Positions 39,825 through 47,734 of a DNA stretch of 64,000 nt are shown piece after piece (the first letter of the stretch is position 1; each line of letters opens with the position of its first letter). The notes below the pieces were generated by a model. It was not told where the DNA came from and ran no database searches. It worked only from the letters and a program-made list of their open reading frames with translations. This DNA is from a virus (Duplodnaviria; Caudoviricetes): the IMG/VR virus record IMGVR_UViG_3300020048_000120, positions 4,883-68,882 of that record. One strand, given 5' to 3'. The translations under genes and the position numbers were made by a program.

Positions 39825-40233
39825 AGTCCCTTGTGTATACCAAATTTCACCACCCAGGCAAAACACCTTAGATAAATATATTCGACAAAATATACGTATC
39901 ATATTGTCATTACAGCCAAGTGTGGAACTGTAATCAAGACTACAAATTATTAATGTTACCTTCCAAACCAATAATTAAATTAAGGAGGAAATCTAATTAC
40001 CGGCCCTACATGGTTTTAGTATAACAAAAATAACCTTAGCCATTCTACATTTAATTTTGAGCGTTAGTCTTACCGTCAACCCGATACAACTTATTACCTG
40101 TCTTCGATAAAGCATATCTGCCTTAACAACAGTTGGGCGCGTCTCAAACTATTAAATAAGGATATAGCTTCATACTTAACTAGGTTTAGTAACCTTGCAA
40201 GTAAACATACCTAAACTAAGTAGAAGCTATAAC

Positions 40234-40310
40234 TGGTCCACCGAGCGGGGTTCGAACCCACAACTTATACCTTAGAAGGGTATTACTCTATCCAATTGAG
40301 TTATCGGCAG
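40234..40310 (-). tRNA. tRNA-Arg(UCU)
   Basis: 77 nt cloverleaf, ATACC-CT-TCT-AA-GGTAT anticodon arm, GTTCGAA T-loop and ACCA end. Confidence 0.92.
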
Positions 40311-40574
40311 AAAAAATAGTATTTATGTAAGCTTGATGTTCTAAGCAACTTCTTACTCTCGTAACTTAGTACAGGAGAGCACTGTTATCAAGCCTACAAA
40401 AATACTACTTAATTTTACTACAAGTGTAATCAAAAACTTGCTTATTTTTAATTAACATAGATAATCCTACATAGTTGCACGCTTCCTCTGAAATCACAGG
40501 GTAGTGTACTATGTTGTTAGATATCAAGTATACTATTAATAAGTACATTTTTATTTCCAATGTTTTATAATCAA

Positions 40575-40800
40575 CGTTTGAAGCCGGAGTCGAACCGACA
40601 AGCTTATTAGCGATAATAAATATTTTAATTAAGAGGCTCTTCATCATATATAGGTAACCTTGCCAGAATATCCTATATAGATTCTATTTACCTAAACCCG
40701 TGGCATGGTTTAACGTCGATTTAGGTACCTATTTAATTCTTATTTACTATTGTGTTTACCTATATATACAACACACTGTATATAATTTCACCATTCAAAC
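40575..40800 (-). ncRNA. 226-nt RNA closed by a tRNA-like acceptor stem and T arm
   Basis: 5' GTTTGAA-TG-GTGAAAT and 3' GTCGG-TTCGACT-CCGGC-TTCAAAC-G; internal long-range helix ATATAGGTAA/TTACCTATAT. Confidence 0.55.
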
Positions 40801-40811
40801 GTTTTTATAAA

Positions 40812-40992
40812 TTTAATACAACTAAGAGTCAATAACTACCCCATGCGTCGTTATCATTAACGCACGATACACTGCTAAAATCACACTCTATCACTAGTAA
40901 TGATACAGCATATGGCGAACAACCATATATCATTGTCTAGGTCAGGCGATAACGATTATTCTTAGTCTGGCTGCAGCTACCATTGTATTAAA
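40812..40992 (-). ncRNA. Candidate pseudoknotted structured RNA
   Basis: 10-bp closing stem, 7-bp second stem, two hairpins and an 8-bp loop-to-upstream pairing; starts just downstream of the promoter box at 41004-41013. Confidence 0.55.
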
Positions 40993-41084
40993 CTTATTAC
41001 ATATAAAGTATATATGTGTAAACTATGCTTTAAAAAGGTTTTTTGCTTCATCTCTCATACTATACAAGGAGATGAATATTTTTT

Positions 41085-41381
41085 TCACATGTCATATAAA
41101 CTATTTAAAAGTTCTAAAAACTCCTTTCTCTCAAACCATGCTGTAGAAAGATTTTTATTACCTATAGCATTAAAAAGTTTATTGGCTTTCTTACATGAAC
41201 CATTAGACCCAGCCACAAACGTGACAACACCATCACCATGAACAGTAATAGTATATAATACAGTATATTCTACATGATTAAGTTTTCTTAACTTTTTAAT
41301 CAATTTTTTAGTAGGTACACTGTTTATTAAACCTATATATTTATTACCTAATTCAACAGTCTTAATGATCATAAATTTCAC
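41085..41381 (-). CDS. Hypothetical protein
   Basis: 98 aa co-oriented ORF. Confidence 0.5.
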   Translation of the reverse strand: MKFMIIKTVELGNKYIGLINSVPTKKLIKKLRKLNHVEYTVLYTITVHGDGVVTFVAGSNGSCKKANKLFNAIGNKNLSTAWFERKEFLELLNSLYDM

Positions 41382-42102
41382 TCCTTAATAAAGTATTTTC
41401 AACAATAAAATCAAATAAAGGTACTTCTGTTAAAACATGGTCCCAAAACTCTATGTTATTTCTAGCCATAGTAAACAAATTATTTCTTAGTGTAACAGAT
41501 AACTCGGTTATTGTATTAATATCTAATTTATCTTTATTTAAACATTGAAGTTGGTTTTTCAATAAATCAATATCTTCATTTTTAATTCTAACAAAAATAT
41601 TGTTTATTTCTTTACTTTGTTTAACTGGATCCCGTAGTGAAAGTAAAATCATATTAACGACTAAAGGACAAGTATAGAAACTTGTAAAATAATACCAAGC
41701 AAGTTCAGCTGAAGTTAAGTAAGAAGGAAAATCAAATTTTATTACATTATATTTTCTACTAGATATAGTTTCTAGATACTTTTTATTAGATGATATAACA
41801 GCTAAATATGCTACCTCGTTATTAATAACATCTAAAAAACTAACATCGAATTCTAAATCTAATATATAGATTATAGCTTTAGATAAAAACATTTCATTTG
41901 ATTTTTTAATTTCTGTTTTAGTTATAAGAGTATCTGTTTTATCTAATAGTTTAGTTTTTATTAATTTGTATATTACATCATGATTTTCAACAGAGCTAAT
42001 GGGAGAATACTTAGCACTATCTCCCAGTTCTTGGTACGCTGCTAAAGCGGCACAGTGACCTATTACTGTATCACTATACAAAACATGCATTGTAGATTTC
42101 AT
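41362..42102 (-). CDS. Hypothetical protein with DHH-phosphoesterase-like N-terminus (degenerate)
   Basis: HVLYSD.VIGHCAALAAY and IYILDL resemble the DHH/DHHA1 fold without the full metal-binding motif. Confidence 0.4.
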   Translation of the reverse strand: MKSTMHVLYSDTVIGHCAALAAYQELGDSAKYSPISSVENHDVIYKLIKTKLLDKTDTLITKTEIKKSNEMFLSKAIIYILDLEFDVSFLDVINNEVAYLAVISSNKKYLETISSRKYNVIKFDFPSYLTSAELAWYYFTSFYTCPLVVNMILLSLRDPVKQSKEINNIFVRIKNEDIDLLKNQLQCLNKDKLDINTITELSVTLRNNLFTMARNNIEFWDHVLTEVPLFDFIVENTLLRSEIYDH

Positions 42103-42123
42103 GATATGTCTCCAAATTAAATA

Positions 42124-42537
42124 TTAAGTTACTACTGTGATAGTGTAATTAATAAATCCATATGAATTAAGAGCATCTCTAATAACAGTAATGTCGCTAA
42201 CAGATGCAGTATTTAACATTACTTGTATTTTAATATTATCAACAACAACAATGGAACCCATATTAATCCATTGATCAGCTAATACAAAAACTTGATTTGA
42301 TTCAGATTTAAAGATAAAATATTCACACGCTTCTGGTGCATCTGGTGTACCTATCGGCAATAGTGGATAAATAGTTCTAAATTTTAAATCTATGTTTTCA
42401 TATGTAAGTGCCGTTGAATAATCACAAATAGCTATTAATTTAGCGTTAATTACACTAGTGCCTAATATAGCGTCTGCGTTAGTATCAAATGTAAAAACTT
42501 TACCTATTTTTAAATCACTTCTAGTGCTAGTAGGCAT
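42124..42537 (-). CDS. Conserved phiKZ-like small protein
   Basis: FDT.A.AILG......AKL.AI.DY.TA.....I......IYP.LP.GTPD pattern recalled from the phuZ-downstream block. Confidence 0.55.
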   Translation of the reverse strand: MPTSTRSDLKIGKVFTFDTNADAILGTSVINAKLIAICDYSTALTYENIDLKFRTIYPLLPIGTPDAPEACEYFIFKSESNQVFVLADQWINMGSIVVVDNIKIQVMLNTASVSDITVIRDALNSYGFINYTITVVT

Positions 42538-42973
42538 ATATATCCTCCTCGGATAAAGTTACTGGGTCGTTAAGAACAAAATAAAGTACGATATAATCGT
42601 CTTTAATATCATGTAATAAATGATATGTGTTGTTTGAAATAATACTTTTGTTAGCTACAGTGAAAGCTAAATTCATCCCAAATTCTTTAATAGCTGTAGC
42701 AAATAAATCACTATTATTCATTAAATCTGGAATATGTCTAAAGTACTCCATTTGTGGTATTTGTGACAGATAGTAAACAAAATTTGGTATACTACCATTA
42801 AGTATACGTAAAATTTGTGTAGTAGATTCCTTATATATAAAATCTATAGTTTCATAATAAGTTTGTTTTGATCTATATTTACTACCATCGTTATATGGGA
42901 CTATGGACATAATAATACTTTTAAAATTACGTCCATAGCTTTCTAAGTCTAAAACTAAATAGTTCGTTTGCAT
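42527..42973 (-). CDS. Hypothetical protein
   Basis: Overlapping, co-oriented ORF in the phuZ operon. Confidence 0.55.
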   Translation of the reverse strand: MQTNYLVLDLESYGRNFKSIIMSIVPYNDGSKYRSKQTYYETIDFIYKESTTQILRILNGSIPNFVYYLSQIPQMEYFRHIPDLMNNSDLFATAIKEFGMNLAFTVANKSIISNNTYHLLHDIKDDYIVLYFVLNDPVTLSEEDIYAY

Positions 42974-43335
42974 ATAAGATACTCAAAAATAACTGTATCT
43001 GGTAATTCTAAAGTTATAGACTTTAAAATACCATTATCATTATTATTAAAATTGTCAGCATATTTATCAGCTATCAAATTTAATAAAACAGTTATGTCTA
43101 TTATTAAATCAGCTATCGTGATGTCACTATATGTTTCCTCATTTAACATCGACATATCAAGTAAAAAATAATCTGTATATAATTTACTTGTGGTTGGATT
43201 TTTGAATATCTCACATAAGTCACTGCTTAAACTATATAAAGGTAAATTATTCTCCTTTAATAATTTATATAAACAAGAATTATATATGTTGATATTCAGC
43301 TTATTATAGATAACTAAAAGCCTGATGTCTGACAT
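42955..43335 (-). CDS. Hypothetical protein
   Basis: Overlapping, co-oriented ORF. Confidence 0.5.
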   Translation of the reverse strand: MSDIRLLVIYNKLNINIYNSCLYKLLKENNLPLYSLSSDLCEIFKNPTTSKLYTDYFLLDMSMLNEETYSDITIADLIIDITVLLNLIADKYADNFNNNDNGILKSITLELPDTVIFEYLICKRTI

Positions 43336-43661
43336 TTTTCTAGAACTATAGATGTACTATCTAACCATAATTTGAATACATAGATGTCAGAGTCATCATC
43401 TAAAATATTTTTAGCTATACATCTATAGATGTCCTCAATAATAAGTTCATAAAAAGTTTCCATTAGAGAATTAAACTCTATATTTCTATATTCTAGTTGA
43501 TCCCAAAATATAGAATTATCTGAGTATGCATCAGATGAGAGTATAGCCTCTATTATTTGACTTAAAGGAAAATCTCTATAAAGATCATAAAGTGATGACC
43601 AACTACTCCATGTTACTATAACTTCTCTAAAATCTATAATATAAATAGTGTTACTTTTCAT
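43314..43661 (-). CDS. Hypothetical protein
   Basis: Overlapping, co-oriented ORF. Confidence 0.5.
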   Translation of the reverse strand: MKSNTIYIIDFREVIVTWSSWSSLYDLYRDFPLSQIIEAILSSDAYSDNSIFWDQLEYRNIEFNSLMETFYELIIEDIYRCIAKNILDDDSDIYVFKLWLDSTSIVLEKCQTSGF

Positions 43662-43679
43662 AAGTTAAAGCTCCTATAG

Positions 43680-44333
43680 TTAAGTACTCTCCTCATGCTG
43701 TAATCTATACCACTCATATATTCTGAAGTCAATTGTCTTTTCTATAAGTAAAGTAGTTCCTTTAACTTTATAAAAATAAATATGCCAATTGTCTTTGTTT
43801 ACAAAAACCATAACTTGATCTAAAAGTTTTTCAAATATAGTTGAGAACTCGTCTGTATATAATAGTTCTCTATATTCTGGTTTAATAAACTCTTCTAATT
43901 TGTAATTGAAATTAGAAACATGTGTATATGACGATAATGTATTCAGATACTTTATCACTACAGCTATGGCTACTTTAATCGGTATCACTGGGATAGTAGG
44001 TTTTGATTTAAAATACTTTTGTTTTGTTTTTAAATCATTTTTTCCTATAATAACTTTTCCACCTGCGTCAACTATAGCTTCATTTAACTGAAATATATTA
44101 GCAAATGTTGTTATTTCATGACCAGACATTAAATATTTAGTTTCTGGATAGTAAACAGTTCCCAATCGAAGTATTGGTTCTAAACTACCTACTAAATATA
44201 TACCTTTGTCAGGGGAAACAAGTGTATCCGAATATCGAGAAATATCACTATTTAAGACAACTTCTAAAATGTCTATAGCTATAACCTCTTTATTGGTTCT
44301 CAGTAATTCTGATAAACTTATAATGTCGGTCAT
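43680..44333 (-). CDS. Conserved phiKZ-like hypothetical protein
   Basis: 217 aa, tightly packed in the operon. Confidence 0.55.
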   Translation of the reverse strand: MTDIISLSELLRTNKEVIAIDILEVVLNSDISRYSDTLVSPDKGIYLVGSLEPILRLGTVYYPETKYLMSGHEITTFANIFQLNEAIVDAGGKVIIGKNDLKTKQKYFKSKPTIPVIPIKVAIAVVIKYLNTLSSYTHVSNFNYKLEEFIKPEYRELLYTDEFSTIFEKLLDQVMVFVNKDNWHIYFYKVKGTTLLIEKTIDFRIYEWYRLQHEEST

Positions 44334-44334
44334 A

Positions 44335-44688
44335 TCATAAATCTCCTTTAGCTATGATAACACTATCGCCAGCTACTAATACTTTAATAATCTCATTGTC
44401 ATAAATAACAATTCTATTATTAATAAATTTAGAATTTACCATAACTTCTATTGTTTTACCTATCTCTGTGTAATAAATAGCATTATATATATCATGTTTA
44501 TAATGATCCATACAACGCTTGCCTGGAACTTTGTTAACAACAGTACTAACTGCTTCTTTTATTAACCAATCATATAAATCCTCATAACTATCATTAAATA
44601 ATAAATAGGTACTCGCTAAATGTTGAAAAGTTCTTTTGTAATACTCTTTACAGTCAGCTATAGAAATAACAACCAGGCTATATGACAT
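44335..44688 (-). CDS. Hypothetical protein
   Basis: 117 aa with GAGGA SD. Confidence 0.55.
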   Translation of the reverse strand: MSYSLVVISIADCKEYYKRTFQHLASTYLLFNDSYEDLYDWLIKEAVSTVVNKVPGKRCMDHYKHDIYNAIYYTEIGKTIEVMVNSKFINNRIVIYDNEIIKVLVAGDSVIIAKGDL

Positions 44689-44730
44689 ATATACGTCCTC
44701 TTAAGTCCAGCATATTATGATCATCTATTA

Positions 44731-45273
44731 TTAATAAATAACACCATTTGATTTTAAGTTTAATACAACTGCTTTTGAAAAATAAACAACAGATTCTTTA
44801 TTATTTTCATATGCAATTTTACAGATATCATACGTTTTCCATTTTGATTCTAGATAGCGTATAGACAAACCATCTAATGAAACAGAATATTTAGCTAGTT
44901 CAATAAAAGTATCACTAGGGGTTCGTGGAACATATTTTAATGCATAAGTATTGTTACTTAAAGCCATTTTACAAAACTCTGGAGTTCTATCTTCTAAAGG
45001 AATGTGTGTTAGTAGTAGTCCATTTTCTAAAAGAACCTTAGTTAACATATCTTCTGTTTGATATTTTTTAGGAATAAATTTTATAGAATTGATATTAGAT
45101 TTTAGAGCAATCAAACATCTTTCTAATGTCCTCTCATTATAAGGTACAAATTCTAATACCATGCCATTCTTACTTAATTTGGTATTTATTTCAATAAATT
45201 CATTGTCTCTTTTCTTACAAAATAATTCTGAATAATTAACAATAGCTTGCATGCCATTTGGTTTTATATACAT
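44731..45273 (-). CDS. DUF4116-like helical repeat protein
   Basis: Repeated L.FVP...RT.E.C..AL..N...L.YVP units. Confidence 0.7.
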   Translation of the reverse strand: MYIKPNGMQAIVNYSELFCKKRDNEFIEINTKLSKNGMVLEFVPYNERTLERCLIALKSNINSIKFIPKKYQTEDMLTKVLLENGLLLTHIPLEDRTPEFCKMALSNNTYALKYVPRTPSDTFIELAKYSVSLDGLSIRYLESKWKTYDICKIAYENNKESVVYFSKAVVLNLKSNGVIY

Positions 45274-45346
45274 TTCAAATCTCCAATAAAAAAAATCACC
45301 ATAGAGGCCAAGTTAGGCCTCTATGGTGTATTTAGACACTATAAAA

Positions 45347-46318
45347 TTATAATACTAAACCATCTTCTGTAGAGGCTACATTTCCTGAAATGATAGATTT
45401 AGGGTTAATCATTTTACGAGTTTCATCATATACCGCTATCTTATTATTTAACTCACCGACAACTGAGTTAAAAAATCCAGATATTAGACATGCGTGTATA
45501 GGCATCTCTACCATACTCGAGTCCTTAACAAAATCAGGAATATAACCGGTAGCCTGATACTCTACTGGTACATTACTATCGTGAGTTTCAGACTCTGACG
45601 CTAAAGTAACTAAAGATATTAAGTGAGTTCCTTTTACCAACTCAATTTCCTTACTATAAAAATCAAGGAACGTTAATTTAGCTGGGAACGAAGTAACCTT
45701 GTGATAGTTTAACCAATTATTAAGGTCTGCACTATCTAACTCTCTATTAAAACCACTAAATATAGTTGCTAATAGAACAATGGTTGATTGAACTTCGCTG
45801 TCAACCATTCCGCGCGGTTTAGCGTTAGTATTTTCACGATAGAAAATATTAACTGGCTTACCACGTTTTTGTGAAATGGACTCGTACGACTTCAGAGTAT
45901 TTAGCGTGTTTTCAGTTTCAATACGTGACCCACTGCTACCAACAAGAATTACGATAACTAATTCGTCTCTGGAAAGTAGCTCACTGACTAACACTGGTCC
46001 AATAACGTTTCCAGTACCGCCGCCGCCGCTGTGTACAACAATGTTAATGTTCCCTGGTTTAAACTTATGTAAGATAGATTTTGACTCTTCATATAATGTT
46101 TGATAGTTGCTAGTTCGTAACTTACCAGAACCATCAACATTATCTACCTTATAAATCATTTCAACTGGAAGAGCATTAATCTTATTGCTCTCGCTTGTGT
46201 CTATGAACGCAGTTTCAAGTATAGCAAAACCCTCAGTTTCCTTACCTGAGTTTTTTACGAAATGGCTGACTACATTTGTTGCCATACCACCACACGCATA
46301 TAAACGCAGTGTATTCAT
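45347..46318 (-). CDS. phuZ: PhuZ phage tubulin
   Basis: LYACGG, DTS.SN, GSGKLR and HSGGGGTG tubulin signature; short acidic tail EDGLVL. Confidence 0.95.
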   Translation of the reverse strand: MNTLRLYACGGMATNVVSHFVKNSGKETEGFAILETAFIDTSESNKINALPVEMIYKVDNVDGSGKLRTSNYQTLYEESKSILHKFKPGNINIVVHSGGGGTGNVIGPVLVSELLSRDELVIVILVGSSGSRIETENTLNTLKSYESISQKRGKPVNIFYRENTNAKPRGMVDSEVQSTIVLLATIFSGFNRELDSADLNNWLNYHKVTSFPAKLTFLDFYSKEIELVKGTHLISLVTLASESETHDSNVPVEYQATGYIPDFVKDSSMVEMPIHACLISGFFNSVVGELNNKIAVYDETRKMINPKSIISGNVASTEDGLVL

Positions 46319-46535
46319 TTTTAATCCTTTAAATTAAGTTGACTAACGGAAAATGGGTAATTCTAACACGCATTGTATTTCCTATATACTATGTATGTTC
46401 TAATAAAGTATATGTAGCTATAATAGTTTATAAACCACAATATCTCTATATTTTATATAATTTACCTATCTAATTAAAGATTTTCTACATTAGGTCCTGT
46501 AGAAAATCTGCTATAATATATCTGCCATTACATGC

Positions 46536-46988
46536 TACTAATAAATACTAGCCACTAAGCACATGGATAATCAAAAGATCCATGTGCTAGTATACTCAAA
46601 AAAAAAAACACGCCATAGAACCTGAAGGTTTTTTCTCATACTATTTATACTACGCCAGTATTTTTTTCACAGATATCTCGTTCTCTGTGACATACGTTTA
46701 CGTATAGACACAGAATCTTAGTAAATCGAGATCGATTAGTTCCTAATCTCAGAATGTTGTATCGGTTTATAGTCTGTCTACGCTACGCTACGTCATACTA
46801 TAAACCTCAGATTTTCTGTGAAAAAAATACTTACTACCCTTATCATACGGAAGTTCTCTTTTTATATTTATCTTTGTTTATCTAGTCCATTACCTATAAT
46901 AGGTAAGAATGCTATTTCTTTTTTCTGAATATACTAGCACATGGATCTTTTGATTATCCATGTGCTTAGTGGCTGGTATTTATTAGTA
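46536..46988. repeat. Nested inverted repeats in divergent intergenic region
   Basis: 63-bp arms (46536-46598 / 46926-46988, 2 mismatches), each with an internal 10-bp hairpin, enclosing a perfect 16-bp IR (46658-46673 / 46815-46830). Confidence 0.9.
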
Positions 46989-47157
46989 AGTAATATAATG
47001 TGAGAGTTAAATAGAAAGTATGCTAGTTATATAGTATTATAATAATTTATTATAATACAGACCATTAAGATAGTAAGAGAAAGCTGTAGTTGACTTTAAA
47101 TTATTGCACAATTTTTTCTATCGAATTTTTTAACATTGTAATAATAAGGATTATATC

Positions 47158-47724
47158 ATGTCAATTTTTAACTTATCGTTAGATGAAAGTAAACCAGCTG
47201 TAGTATTAGATGAAACAAATGAAAATGTATCGCCTACACACATAAACGGAAATAAATCTACATCTGATACAGTTGTAACTGACGATAATGTACGTGTGGA
47301 TAAAACTGGTGTAAATAAAGAAAGTAGTGAAAAAGGTAATATAGTATTAGATGGTCCATTAAGTTCTGTTTATACTAAAGCATTAAATATGGCATTATCT
47401 AATGAAGGTATGGCTGCTACTATATTTGTAAATGGAGAAGACACAGCTAAAAAAAAGATACTGGAAGAAGAAACTGAAGGTGTCTATGTATATTGTTGTA
47501 ATGGTGATGATTTAGCTAAAGATGATGTCGGTAAAATAGATAAAAGATTACATTTAGCTTTAGATAGTAAAAGATTTAAAAATAGAATAGTTGCTATAGA
47601 ATGTAATAACGTTATAACAGATCAGATAGGGCTTTTAAACAACATAAGTACTCTATCTGGAGCAACTGTATGTTTCGATCGTAAAACTGCTTTAAACGCC
47701 ATTAGAAGCTCTTTATCTAGATGA
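47158..47724 (+). CDS. Conserved phiKZ-like protein (probably virion)
   Basis: Disordered acidic N-terminus, then IVLDGPLS.VYTKALN. Confidence 0.55.
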   Translation: MSIFNLSLDESKPAVVLDETNENVSPTHINGNKSTSDTVVTDDNVRVDKTGVNKESSEKGNIVLDGPLSSVYTKALNMALSNEGMAATIFVNGEDTAKKKILEEETEGVYVYCCNGDDLAKDDVGKIDKRLHLALDSKRFKNRIVAIECNNVITDQIGLLNNISTLSGATVCFDRKTALNAIRSSLSR

Positions 47725-47734
47725 AGGAATTATT

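Larger units (their letters stand above)
39183..39859 (-). tRNA. tRNA-Leu(UAA), split by a group I intron (exons 39825-39859 and 39183-39233)
   Basis: Joined exons give an 86-nt cloverleaf: GCCTGGG/CCCAGGC acceptor, AGGGA-CT-TAA-AA-TCCCT anticodon arm, GCC-GTAA-GGC variable arm and ACCA end. Confidence 0.92.

Noticed and set aside
39060-40233. tRNA-associated HDV-like (theta) ribozymes after the tRNA 3' ends
   Set aside because: I could not build the nested double-pseudoknot from the trailers by eye; a covariance-model search would be needed to exclude it fully.
40405-40647. 80-aa ORF from the track
   Set aside because: Overlaps the T arm and acceptor of the tRNA-like RNA, has no clear SD, and is low-information AT-rich sequence; probably spurious.
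40575-40800. tmRNA
   Set aside because: No G3.U70 alanine determinant, no CCA, too short, and no recognisable tag ORF or pseudoknot series.
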